A DNA stretch of 32,000 nt, from contig JAIZWK010000001.1 of the NCBI GenBank assembly GCA_021498095.1, forward strand, positions 3,000,001 through 3,032,000, read 5' to 3'. Source of the stretch: Candidatus Harpocratesius repetitus (GTDB lineage Archaea > Asgardarchaeota > Lokiarchaeia > Sigyniarchaeales > Promethearchaeaceae). Shown one piece after another: positions 1 through 9,551 of this stretch. The notes under the pieces are model-generated. The model made no database searches and had not been told where the DNA came from. It worked only from the letters and a program-made list of their open reading frames with translations. The position numbers were made by a program, and so were the translations under genes. The first letter of the stretch is position 1; every line of letters begins with the position of its first letter.

Positions 1-1694
1 TGGAGGGGTGTTGAAGGAGATTGCTGATGCCCGGTCATGGCACAGTAGAAATTATCTAAGATGACAACCAGTACGTCTACTTTGTTCTTTATCAGATTTA
101 TTATTCCATGAATTCCAGAATGGAAAAACGTACTATCTCCAACCATGGCAATGACATGTTGTTTGTCTGGATCTATAATATGTGAAACTCCATTAGCGAT
201 TCCAACTCCTGCACCCATACAGATAAGCCAATCCATAGTTTCATATGGTTTTGACATACTCATAGTATAACATCCAATATCACCACCAAAGATGGGTTCT
301 TTTCCTGTTTTTTTATAATAAAGATTAACTGCTTTTCGAAGTGAATAAAAAACATTGCGATGGGAACAACCAGGGCAAAAAGTTGGTTCTCTTACTGGAA
401 TTTGAGAAGCAATATGATTAAGTGATGAGGATGGTTCGATTAAATGATCTTGAAATTCTTGGAAAAAAAAGGTTTCATCTTGAATTACTAAGGGATTAGC
501 TAAAATATTATGAATAATATCTGGTGTTAACACACCGACTCTGGGAAAGGATTTCTTTCCAATAATAGGAATAAATACAGGAATTTGATAAAGAATTTCT
601 TGAATTTCCTTTTCTAAAAATGGTTCTAAATCTTCCACAATAACCAATAATTCTGGTTCAAATTGTTCGATAAAATTTAGTATAGCTTCAATTGGAAAAG
701 GATAGGTGAGTTTAAGGCGAAGTCGAGGAAAATCAACAGAAACACGCAATGAGAGTTCTTCAATCAATGACCAACCTAATCCTGAACCAATAAATCCAAC
801 TAATATTGGTTCACGTTCGAAAGAAACTTGATCTTCAACTTTATTTAAATTATCTATTGATTCTGAATCTTGCAAAGGTTCGTTTATGATTATCCGATTT
901 TTTGTAAGTATGCTCGTATTCTTTCCCTTGATTTCCCATCGTAAATCATGGGATTTTAGTTTATAATATCCATGAGCTAATTTGAAGATTTTAGAATACA
1001 ACATTGATTGATTCTTCTTAGCCCAATGTATTGCATTTAAAAGTTTTTCTGGATTTTTCTGAAATTTTCGCTTTAACTTAGAAATAAGTTCAATTTTTAC
1101 TTCAGAAATATTCACTACTCCTGATGCATGTGCAATCTGACTGGGAAAATAGATCATTACTGGCAAATCAATCATTTCAGATAGATTAAAAGCATCTTTC
1201 ACAATATCCTTACATTCTTGGATGGAACTAGGCTCTAGAATAGGAAGTTGACTATGATATGAAAAAAGTCTAATATCTACAGCATTGGTAGATGAATTAA
1301 TGTCGGGATCTCCACCACAAAGAATAACTAAGCCTGCTTTACGCTTTCCATCAATTCCTGAATACATAACAGCATGAAGTGCATCTGAGATTAAATTCAT
1401 TCCAAGATGTTTAAATGAAACAGCAGCACGTACTCCCGACCACGCTGCCCCAACTGCAGCTTCAAACGCAATAGTTTCATTAACAGATAAATCATAAAAA
1501 ATTTCAGGATTTTCATCAGCATACCATTCCCATAAGTCACCAATTTCTGAAGCGGGAGTACCAGGATACGTGGCAAGAAATTGCACATTTGCTTCAAATA
1601 ATCCTCGAACAAATGCCTCATTTCCTGTTAATATTCGAGATCCATTCAAATCTGAGATAAATAACTCTTTTGGATGTGATAAGTGATACTTCAT
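1..1694 (-). CDS. iorA: Indolepyruvate ferredoxin oxidoreductase alpha subunit (3' end runs off the window)
   Basis: Not in the ORF track; translated by hand from ATG at 1694: MKYHLSHPKEF...LTGNEAFVRGLFEANVQFLATYPGTPASEI. Later motifs include FCPGCSHR, the TPP-binding GDSTFFHSG and LDNFYCAMTGHQ. A GAGGTG Shine-Dalgarno-like site lies at 1699-1704 (-). Confidence 0.93.
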   Translation of the reverse strand, partial: MKYHLSHPKELFISDLNGSRILTGNEAFVRGLFEANVQFLATYPGTPASEIGDLWEWYADENPEIFYDLSVNETIAFEAAVGAAWSGVRAAVSFKHLGMNLISDALHAVMYSGIDGKRKAGLVILCGGDPDINSSTNAVDIRLFSYHSQLPILEPSSIQECKDIVKDAFNLSEMIDLPVMIYFPSQIAHASGVVNISEVKIELISKLKRKFQKNPEKLLNAIHWAKKNQSMLYSKIFKLAHGYYKLKSHDLRWEIKGKNTSILTKNRIIINEPLQDSESIDNLNKVEDQVSFEREPILVGFIGSGLGWSLIEELSLRVSVDFPRLRLKLTYPFPIEAILNFIEQFEPELLVIVEDLEPFLEKEIQEILYQIPVFIPIIGKKSFPRVGVLTPDIIHNILANPLVIQDETFFFQEFQDHLIEPSSSLNHIASQIPVREPTFCPGCSHRNVFYSLRKAVNLYYKKTGKEPIFGGDIGCYTMSMSKPYETMDWLICMGAGVGIANGVSHIIDPDKQHVIAMVGDSTFFHSGIHGIINLIKNKVDVLVVILDNFYCAMTGHQQSPSTPL

Positions 1695-1814
1695 TTTACA
1701 CCTCAAGCTTTACACTTCATAAGCATCATTATAATATGAAATCTCCTCTATTCTACTAAATTAGCTGCCAGTTAAAATTTTTCCACAAGAGTTTCCAACT
1801 CACTTTGAGGAAGA

Positions 1815-4244
1815 ATGCGAAAAAGAAACGTGCTTGATCCTTGTTGGATATTAGATGCAAATCCACATCCTCAAGGCATTGAATTATGGCTTAAAGATCA
1901 GAAAGGCACTTGTCAAAGTGCGATATATCCTTTCTTTCCCTCATTTTACGCCGTATTTTCTCCGACAAAATATCGTATTCTCGATTTTTCTTCGATACGC
2001 AAAAAATACCATTATTTTGCCCTAAAATTTTCAGAACATGAAGAGATAAGGAAAGTTTCAGTTGTTGAACGTCGAATTCATGCACATGATAATTTCACAT
2101 CTCCTTGTTTGAAAATAACACCAATCTCTCCCACCAAATTCAAACACTTAATTCAATTTTTTCGTTCGTTTGATTTTTTTGATCTATATAATACAGATGT
2201 TCCAGTGGTTCAATTATTCTTTTATGAATCGAAGTTTTTTCCTTTTGCCCGCTGTCGTGCGGAATTTAGCGAAAATGAACAAAATAACTACCTTAAAAAT
2301 CTTGTTTTGCTCGATTCAAATGAATCTATCGATTATGATCTTCCACCTTTACGTATTCTATGGTTTGAAATAAAATTAAAATCAGAAGGAGTTGCTCGAA
2401 AAATCAATGATCAAATTTGTGAATGTCGCCTGACTTGGGATCCCGATAGTAAAAAAATTAGTTTTCATCGATTTTTCCCTGAAGATATGATATGGAATGA
2501 TAATTACGGAAATCCTCAACTTCGTATTGCAGAAGCAACAGAATATGAGACAATGCTTGAACTTGAACGCGCTGTTAAGCTGCTAGATCCAGATATTATT
2601 TTTACAACAAAAGGCGATGAACGAATTTTCCCACATCTAATTAGAAGATTAAGAGTGCATCATTTAGATCGTCGCTATTCACTTTCACGAAAGAATGTTC
2701 CAATCTTCCGCGCGTTACTTTCTTTTGATGGTTCAAGTTCGTATATGTCATACGGCCAAATTTTTCATCGTTCAAAAACCCAATTCTATCTCCACGGCAG
2801 GTTACACATTGATTCTGCAATAATGGGGGGTTTACACTTCTCTGATGGAAATCTTTATGGAATTGTGGAAGTAGCACGAATTTCGTATGTAACTTTACAA
2901 CGTTTGACCCGAATTACAATCGGCGGAGCGTTACAGTCCATGCAATTTTTCCACGCTTATCAACAAGATGTTTTAATTCCAGAAGAAAAAAAAAATGTAG
3001 AACACTTTCGTCGAGCATCAACCTTACTCTTTTCTGATCGCGGTGGTCATATATTAAACCCAATAGTTGGAATGTTTGATAATGTGGCAGAACTCGATTT
3101 TACTTCAATGTATCCGGCACTCATGGTTAAATATAATGTGTCACCTGAAAAAATTAACTGTAAATGCTGTGATCCCATCAAAAACAAGGTTCCAGGGTTG
3201 CCATATCACCTTTGTCAAAAAAAGAAAGGAATTGTTCCACTTTCTTTAGAACTTCCTTTAAAAAAGCGCATTGAATACAAAAAAAAAATTAAAGAAAGCC
3301 CTCCTGATGTGGCTAAGCGTTATTCTCAAATGCAAAGTGCATTAAAATGGATTTTAGTCGTATGTTTTGGTTATCTGGGATTCAAAAATGCTAGGTTTGG
3401 TCGCATTGAAGCACATCAAGCAGTATGTGCATACTCTCGTGAATTTCTCTTGAAAGCAATGGAAATTGTAGAAAAACATGGAATTATTTTTTTACATGGA
3501 ATTGTTGATTCACTATATGTTCAAGCGCCGAAAAATATGTCGATTTCCAAATTCCATCAACAATGTAATATAATTGTAGAAGAAATCAAGAAGAAATCTG
3601 GAATTCCGATTGAATATGATCCTACTTCAGATTTTTTCAGATTTATTACCTTTCTTCCAACAAAAGACCAACCTAAAATAGGTGCACTTAATCGATACTG
3701 GGGTGTAAAGTCAGATGATAGAATAAAAGTGCGTGGAATCGAACTTAGACGCCATGATTCGCCCCCATTCATCAAATCTTTTCAACAAAATCTTATCGTG
3801 GCGATTGCAAATTCAACATATAGAAATGATTGGAATAAACTCTTTGAACGGACAATATTGCCAATTTTATTTCACTTTTTTAAACGATTAGATTCTCACG
3901 ATATCTCAATAGATGAATTAGCAATAACAATACGATTGACTCGAAATTTAGATGAATACAAAGTTAATAATTATCAAGTTATTGCTGCACACCATTTAGC
4001 AGATCGCGGAAAACTTATTGAGCCAGGACAGAAAATTTCGTTTATCATTACTGATGATCAAGCGCAAAATCCTCTGGATAAAGCATTACCCATTCAATTA
4101 TGTCAAGAACAGAACAAAACCTATGATACAGTGAAATATAGAGAACTCTTAGTACGAGCGATGAATAATCTTCTTCCAGAACCATTAAATAAAAGCGAGC
4201 AAAAGATCTTATCAAAATATGGAAGATTTCAAAGAGAAGAATGA
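1815..4244 (+). CDS. polB2: Family B DNA polymerase of the archaeal PolB2 (Dpo2-like) type, with degenerate 3'-5' exonuclease
   Basis: Motif A ELDFTSMYP, motif B LKWILVVCFGYLG, motif C HGIVDSLY in place of YGDTDS, Cys cluster NCKCC...HLC and KVRGIELRRHD. Exonuclease acidic motifs are altered (WFEI instead of FDIE). Confidence 0.88.
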   Translation: MRKRNVLDPCWILDANPHPQGIELWLKDQKGTCQSAIYPFFPSFYAVFSPTKYRILDFSSIRKKYHYFALKFSEHEEIRKVSVVERRIHAHDNFTSPCLKITPISPTKFKHLIQFFRSFDFFDLYNTDVPVVQLFFYESKFFPFARCRAEFSENEQNNYLKNLVLLDSNESIDYDLPPLRILWFEIKLKSEGVARKINDQICECRLTWDPDSKKISFHRFFPEDMIWNDNYGNPQLRIAEATEYETMLELERAVKLLDPDIIFTTKGDERIFPHLIRRLRVHHLDRRYSLSRKNVPIFRALLSFDGSSSYMSYGQIFHRSKTQFYLHGRLHIDSAIMGGLHFSDGNLYGIVEVARISYVTLQRLTRITIGGALQSMQFFHAYQQDVLIPEEKKNVEHFRRASTLLFSDRGGHILNPIVGMFDNVAELDFTSMYPALMVKYNVSPEKINCKCCDPIKNKVPGLPYHLCQKKKGIVPLSLELPLKKRIEYKKKIKESPPDVAKRYSQMQSALKWILVVCFGYLGFKNARFGRIEAHQAVCAYSREFLLKAMEIVEKHGIIFLHGIVDSLYVQAPKNMSISKFHQQCNIIVEEIKKKSGIPIEYDPTSDFFRFITFLPTKDQPKIGALNRYWGVKSDDRIKVRGIELRRHDSPPFIKSFQQNLIVAIANSTYRNDWNKLFERTILPILFHFFKRLDSHDISIDELAITIRLTRNLDEYKVNNYQVIAAHHLADRGKLIEPGQKISFIITDDQAQNPLDKALPIQLCQEQNKTYDTVKYRELLVRAMNNLLPEPLNKSEQKILSKYGRFQREE

Positions 4245-4258
4245 ATTGATAATAAAAT

Positions 4259-5737
4259 ATGAAAAAGTTATCACCAATAATTTGGAAAGATATTCTGAAG
4301 GTTGCAGAAAGACCAGATATTTCATTAAAACTTCGAAAAATGCGTGAAATTGGGTTGAAGGCATTCATAACTGGAATAGAAAGTGTCCTTCCATACAATA
4401 TAATGCAAAATGCAATCAAATTTCTAAATTATCATTTAGTAATTCAAAATAAATCCTTTGATCTTCGAAAATATAACCATATTCTTATTATTGGTGGTGG
4501 AAAAGCAACAGGATTAATGGCTGAATGCTTAATTGATCTTCTTCCGAAAGAAATACAATTTTCGGGAATTATTAATATTCCCTATGGTCAAGATATTCCA
4601 AAACAATTGAAATCATCTAAGAATAAATCAGAAATAACAGTAAATTTTGCACGACATCCAATACCAGATTCTTCAGGAATTAAAGGTGTATTTGAAATGA
4701 TTAAGCAAATTGAAAAAAAAACACCAGAAACATTGATTATTGCATTAATAAGTGGAGGAGGAAGTGCTTTACTGACTGCACCTGCTGAAGATATTACATT
4801 AAAAGAATTACAGATAACAAATCAAATTTTGCTTGAATCTGGAGCATCTATTAATGAAATTAATTGTATTCGAAAACATCTTTCGATATTAAAAGGAGGG
4901 CAACTTGCAAAAAAATGTTATCCGAATCCATTAATTTCGTTAATAATTTCTGATGTTGTTGGAAATCAACTTGATGTAATTGCCTCAGGTCCCACTGTTC
5001 CTGATAGTTCGACATTTCAAGATGCAATAAAAATTGCTCAACAATATCATTTCTGGGAAAAACTTCCCAATTCGGTTAAAAATCATCTTATATTAGGATT
5101 AAATAAAAAAATTGATGAAACACCAAAAAAAAACTCATCTATTTTTACAAATACATATAATTTTTTAATTGGGAGTGCTATTAATTCAGCAAATGCAGTT
5201 CAAGATTTCCTAACTCAAAAGAATTATTCAGTTAGTTTTTTCAATTCAGCTTTACAAGGTGAAGCAAAAGAATTTGGAAAAAATTTAGTAAATAAGGATT
5301 TATCTTCACTCTTTAATAAATTTCCATTTGCATTAATAGAAACGGGAGAATTAACAGTTACCCTCAAAGGAGACGGAATAGGTGGTAGAAATCAAGAAAT
5401 GTTGCTTTCATTTCTACTGAATTTATTCCGAAATAAAACAAAAACACACTCATCTTTTTGGAATACATATGATTTTGTAATAATAGCAGGCGCTTATGAT
5501 GGCATAGAAGGTAATAGCCCTGCTATGGGGGCTATTATTGATTCAAACACTTTAGAAAGAATGGAAAAATCCCATAAAGATTTAGAACAATATCTACTCC
5601 AAAATTTAGATAATAACAATTCTTATGAAGTTTTTAAAAAAATAGGTGATGCTTTAATAACAGGTCAAACTGGAACGAATGTAAATGACATGATTTTAAT
5701 TCTTCTAAATTCAATAGGTAATACGAGAATATTTTAA
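4259..5737 (+). CDS. Glycerate 2-kinase (MOFRL/GckA/TtuD family)
   Basis: IGGGKA, ARHPIPD, LISGGGSAL, RKHLSILKGGQLA, IASGPT, GGRNQE and the C-terminal TGQTGTNVND (MOFRL) motif. Confidence 0.92.
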   Translation: MKKLSPIIWKDILKVAERPDISLKLRKMREIGLKAFITGIESVLPYNIMQNAIKFLNYHLVIQNKSFDLRKYNHILIIGGGKATGLMAECLIDLLPKEIQFSGIINIPYGQDIPKQLKSSKNKSEITVNFARHPIPDSSGIKGVFEMIKQIEKKTPETLIIALISGGGSALLTAPAEDITLKELQITNQILLESGASINEINCIRKHLSILKGGQLAKKCYPNPLISLIISDVVGNQLDVIASGPTVPDSSTFQDAIKIAQQYHFWEKLPNSVKNHLILGLNKKIDETPKKNSSIFTNTYNFLIGSAINSANAVQDFLTQKNYSVSFFNSALQGEAKEFGKNLVNKDLSSLFNKFPFALIETGELTVTLKGDGIGGRNQEMLLSFLLNLFRNKTKTHSSFWNTYDFVIIAGAYDGIEGNSPAMGAIIDSNTLERMEKSHKDLEQYLLQNLDNNNSYEVFKKIGDALITGQTGTNVNDMILILLNSIGNTRIF

Positions 5738-5770
5738 TATTGCACCTTTTATTCAATCAATTGAATAACC

Positions 5771-6352
5771 ATGAGCTTATATGTGCAAATAGCTGGTGCT
5801 TTAGGATTTTTATTTCGTTTTTGGTTATGTGAATTTAAGTTAGACCAAGATTTGAACCAAAAGAGGGGTCATACAAGCCGATTCATTAATTATTACTTTT
5901 TAATCGCCATGATCACAGGATTTGATAATAATCTCTTTACATTAATTACAGTAGTGTCTGCGCCAGCAATGGTAATGGCATTTATATTTTTCGATTTACC
6001 ATTCTATTTTCAAGATTGTCGTTATTCAATGCCCAATAAAGGGTGGTTAATTTTGGAGAGATTGACAGTACACCCACCAGTTTTTCTCTATACTGTTTAT
6101 TTTTATGCAACTCAAAGTCGACTATTTTATTTTCAACTTTTTACTTTTCATAATTTAATCTTAGCGATAGTTTTAGTTCTTATCCCACTATTTGCATTTG
6201 ATCCACGAGTGACTAAAAAAGAAGATTGGCCTCGTGGTTTATTCATGGTTATTGGAGCAATTATTGATATCATCGGAAATATTTGGTTTTATTCAAATTT
6301 GGCTTTAGAAAGTCATTATCCAAGGTTTTTTGATCAAATAAATATATTTTAA
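5771..6352 (+). CDS. Hypothetical multi-pass membrane protein
   Basis: 193-aa ATG ORF 33 bp after the glycerate kinase on the same strand, with about 5-6 hydrophobic segments. No family recognised. Confidence 0.7.
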   Translation: MSLYVQIAGALGFLFRFWLCEFKLDQDLNQKRGHTSRFINYYFLIAMITGFDNNLFTLITVVSAPAMVMAFIFFDLPFYFQDCRYSMPNKGWLILERLTVHPPVFLYTVYFYATQSRLFYFQLFTFHNLILAIVLVLIPLFAFDPRVTKKEDWPRGLFMVIGAIIDIIGNIWFYSNLALESHYPRFFDQINIF

Positions 6353-6703
6353 ATATGGGAATTTTCAAAGATTATTTATGAGGCTTTAGTAATTTTTTTT
6401 ATTTTAATCAAAATCTATCTTTTGAGCCAATTTTCTCGACAATACTTCCGTGCATCCAATTACTATTTGAGTCGGTATTTTTACGCTCTTAAATTCGGTC
6501 AAGATTTTCATATTTTCATCATTTTTCTTTGAATTATTGACTTAATGATATTTTTTTTCTTTAACCATCTTTCGACAAATTTAAAATTAGAATAGATTTA
6601 GGAATTGTGGAAAATTGAGATAAGATTTTTGGATTTCCTTCAATTTTCCGAATTCTGCTATAACCTCTTATAATTTTCATTAAAATTCTTTGAAATGAAA
6701 TAT

Positions 6704-6928
6704 TTATTCAAAAATGGTAACTAGTACAAGAAGAACACCAATAAGAATCCCAACACCACCAACCCAAAAAGAAATTGTAATAAATAATTGCCCAATACTC
6801 GGAATCGGGTCATATAAGGCAAGATATTGGGCTCTACCCCAAAATGTAATTAATAACCAAGTTATAGATGTAATAAAAATATACACCAAATGTTCAATTT
6901 CAAGTTGGATATCCACCATTATAATCAA
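6704..6928 (-). CDS. Small hypothetical membrane protein (two predicted TM helices)
   Basis: Two clear hydrophobic stretches. Co-directional with, and 45 bp downstream of, the 6974..8113 gene. The start may be the later Met (MVDIQ). Confidence 0.55.
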   Translation of the reverse strand: MIIMVDIQLEIEHLVYIFITSITWLLITFWGRAQYLALYDPIPSIGQLFITISFWVGGVGILIGVLLVLVTIFE

Positions 6929-6973
6929 CTAGTTCTATATATACGCTTTAGGAATAATAAAGCTTTAGTATGT

Positions 6974-8113
6974 TTATAAAGGAATATAATTTATTGGTGG
7001 AATTCCACAAAGGGCAAGAATAATATAAGCTATTGTAATTATTATTGGTAATAAAAGATTATCTGAGAGTTGGATCGGTTTTGGAGTAAAAAGATCAACA
7101 ATTACGAAACATAGTGCCCCTACAACAGCATATATTGGGCCTACAAACCAAAACATGCTGATAATAGCGAAGAAAAATCCTGCTAGAGTACCTTCCAAAG
7201 ATTTAGAATTCCATTTATATTTTATTTTTCCAAATTTCAATCCAAAAATACTCGCTGCTGGATCTGCAAAACTCCCCAGACATAATGCGGCCAAAAATAG
7301 CATGGGAGGCAATATAATAGAAGAAAATAAGTAAGCCACAGCAAAATGAGTGTAAGATGCCAGTGTATCTAATTCTTTATATCGCATTATTTTTTGAGAT
7401 TCCTTATGCATAATAAACTGAAGATTTTGGGATAATCGGGTAAGATCATTAAAAAGGAGAACAATCATTGCACCATACATAAAAAGAAATGTAATAGTTT
7501 GACCCAAAGGTAATGATTGTCGAATAAAAATAATTTTGATGAAAAATAATGGATCTTCAAATCCCCAAAATGAACTAAGTAGATCTTGATGTAAATCTGA
7601 ATCTGGAACTTTATTTGCATTTGATTGTAAAATAAGATTAGAAGATAGAAGAAAACCAAAGATTAAACAGAAAACAAAAATATGATAAAATTTTCGTTTA
7701 AGATCAATTTTTAATTCCTGGGCATTTGCGGTGTGAGCAATTTCATTAATCAAACCATATCGTCTAACCTTTTTCTTCCCTCTCAGTTTTTGAAAAATAC
7801 TATTAATAAGAATAAGTAAACTGAATATTGCAGGTATTAATGCTAGAATCTTTCCTGGAAGATCTCCTTCAGTGCCATCAAACTCAAAACCTACTTTAAT
7901 ATTAATAAGAATAAAAATAAATAAAAGAACAAGTATCATTCCAATTAGATTAAGAGGTTCTTGACGAGTCTCTAATTTTTTCAGAGAATCTATATCTCCC
8001 TGTTTTAAACTATTTTGATATTTGAAAATATTCAAGGAGATCTTTAATATTGAGAAAATAAGCATTCCAAATATAATATAAACAAACAATCTTGCAATAA
8101 TTCCCGTAATCAT
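6974..8113 (-). CDS. SEC59/DGK1/VTE5-family CTP-dependent polyprenol or lipid kinase-like membrane protein
   Basis: DLKRKFYH, ADPAASIFGLKFGK, KSLEGTLAG and SDNLLLP motifs typical of the dolichol/phytol kinase and cytidylyltransferase family; many TM helices. Confidence 0.8.
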   Translation of the reverse strand: MITGIIARLFVYIIFGMLIFSILKISLNIFKYQNSLKQGDIDSLKKLETRQEPLNLIGMILVLLFIFILINIKVGFEFDGTEGDLPGKILALIPAIFSLLILINSIFQKLRGKKKVRRYGLINEIAHTANAQELKIDLKRKFYHIFVFCLIFGFLLSSNLILQSNANKVPDSDLHQDLLSSFWGFEDPLFFIKIIFIRQSLPLGQTITFLFMYGAMIVLLFNDLTRLSQNLQFIMHKESQKIMRYKELDTLASYTHFAVAYLFSSIILPPMLFLAALCLGSFADPAASIFGLKFGKIKYKWNSKSLEGTLAGFFFAIISMFWFVGPIYAVVGALCFVIVDLFTPKPIQLSDNLLLPIIITIAYIILALCGIPPINYIPL

Positions 8114-8330
8114 AAATATTATCTCTTTTTTAAAACTCGTTAATTTCCTCTATTTTTAAAAGAATCACTTTAGGAAACATTAATTATTTATTATAATGAA
8201 GATTTTACACAAAAAAAGATTTTTGAAAAGTGAAAATACTATCAAGTAAATAATTTATAGAAGGATTCCTATTAAAAAATATAACAGATATGCAAAGTAA
8301 ACATCTAAATAATTTGATAAATAATTTCAT

Positions 8331-8633
8331 GTGAAGAGAAGAATGGAGAGAGAAAAAGAAAGAAAAAATTTATTTGATAAATTAAATCAAGCAGTATTGG
8401 ATATGACAGAACAAGTTTTCGGTCAAAAAGGAAGAGAATTTGTAGAAAATACTCAATATCAGATAAAAGAATTTAATATTAGTGCAATTCGCGCTTGGGT
8501 AAATTTTACAGATAAGTTTCTTGAAGATTCAAAACTTATTGATAATGAAATTGTGAAAAAAACAAGTTCAACAGTAAAGGATCTGTTGAAACAACTAAAA
8601 ATTTTAGAAGAAGATTCAGAAGAAGATTTCTAA
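8331..8633 (+). CDS. Hypothetical helical, charged protein
   Basis: 100-aa ORF (GTG start; alternative ATG at 8343) filling an otherwise empty interval; amphipathic helices and an acidic C-terminus. Confidence 0.65.
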   Translation: MKRRMEREKERKNLFDKLNQAVLDMTEQVFGQKGREFVENTQYQIKEFNISAIRAWVNFTDKFLEDSKLIDNEIVKKTSSTVKDLLKQLKILEEDSEEDF

Positions 8634-8672
8634 AAAATTCTTCAGTTTTTTTCAATTTTTTTAATCTTTTTC

Positions 8673-9131
8673 CTATACATCCTTTAATCCATTAAATTTA
8701 TTGTCGATAACTCGATCTATGATATTTGCAACAATTTTCGTTTCTGGAGTCTGATTTTTAAATGCAATTTTTGCTTCCATGAAAATCATAGTGGTTAGTG
8801 ATCTAAGTATTTTTAAATTTATTGTTCCTGTATAGAAAAACACAAAAAAAATCTGTCGATTTGTGGAAAATAAATCACGTGAGATAACTAAAATGCGTGA
8901 AATCTCATTTCCTTCACCAAATTTAATTGTGGCAATATCTTGTTTGAAAAGTGTTTTTCCTATTGTTCCAATAGCACTAAGTAAACCAGATAATAATGCA
9001 TCGTCGATTTGAATAAATTCATCAAAATTTCGTGAATAGAAAGGTAATCCCCCATTATCACATATTAACATAGATTTTAAACCCATAAAATACCCTCTTC
9101 CATAAAAACTATTTTTATTATCGATAACCAC
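8673..9131 (-). CDS. Stand-alone longin-like domain protein
   Basis: Beta-beta-alpha pattern MLICDNGGLPFYSR...DDALLSGLLSAIGTIGKTLF followed by beta strands and a C-terminal helix. The GLP(F/L)YSR...LLSGLLSAI pattern is typical of Asgard longins. The start may be ATG at 9086. Confidence 0.65.
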   Translation of the reverse strand: MVIDNKNSFYGRGYFMGLKSMLICDNGGLPFYSRNFDEFIQIDDALLSGLLSAIGTIGKTLFKQDIATIKFGEGNEISRILVISRDLFSTNRQIFFVFFYTGTINLKILRSLTTMIFMEAKIAFKNQTPETKIVANIIDRVIDNKFNGLKDV

Positions 9132-9551
9132 TTTTTAACTTTTAACCTATTTATTAGTGTGATCTAACATTATTTGAATTTTATTCTATTAGCATCGCGA
9201 TTTGATAGAAGTCTTTTCTTTATCTATTTTTTTAACAAAAGATGATATGAGATAATTCACAAGTATTAATAATAATTAGAGAAATTAAAGTATTTTATCC
9301 TTATTTAAAAACATTTGATTAATTAAGTTAGAAAACTTCAAATATTAATTTTCCAATTAAAAACATTAATAGTATAGTGTTCAAAAAAATTTTCTTAATA
9401 TTTCATTTATGAATTTTCTTTTTTTCTGTAAGAATAAGAACAAAACATTTTTTAACCGAAGAATAAAAAGTAAATTTGCTGAAGTTAAAAGGATCGAATT
9501 TGATTCTTTTGACCAACATTTTTCAAAAATAAAATTGCAGAGTGATAAATA

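Noticed and set aside
1815-4244. PolB as a viral/casposon marker or intein host
   Set aside because: It has PolB2-type motifs rather than protein-primed PolB features, no cas1, capsid or terminal inverted repeats nearby, and no length excess or intein splice motifs.
1397-4419. Short ORFs 1397..1621, 1891..2085, 2170..2373, 2641..2877, 3067..3249, 3557..3775 and 4048..4419
   Set aside because: All lie inside or antisense to iorA, polB2 or glycerate kinase and show no recognisable motifs; they are shadow ORFs.
6404-6511. 35-codon minus-strand ORF (MKILTEFK...) in the 350-bp gap at 6353-6703
   Set aside because: Too short, no motif or clear SD site, and no convincing pseudogene frame could be reconstructed.
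6714-6932. 72-aa plus-strand ORF
   Set aside because: It is antisense to the 6704..6928 minus-strand ORF, which has a better case (TM pattern, co-directional with the upstream gene).
7465-7659. 64-aa ORF inside the SEC59-like gene
   Set aside because: Alternative frame nested in a well-supported CDS.
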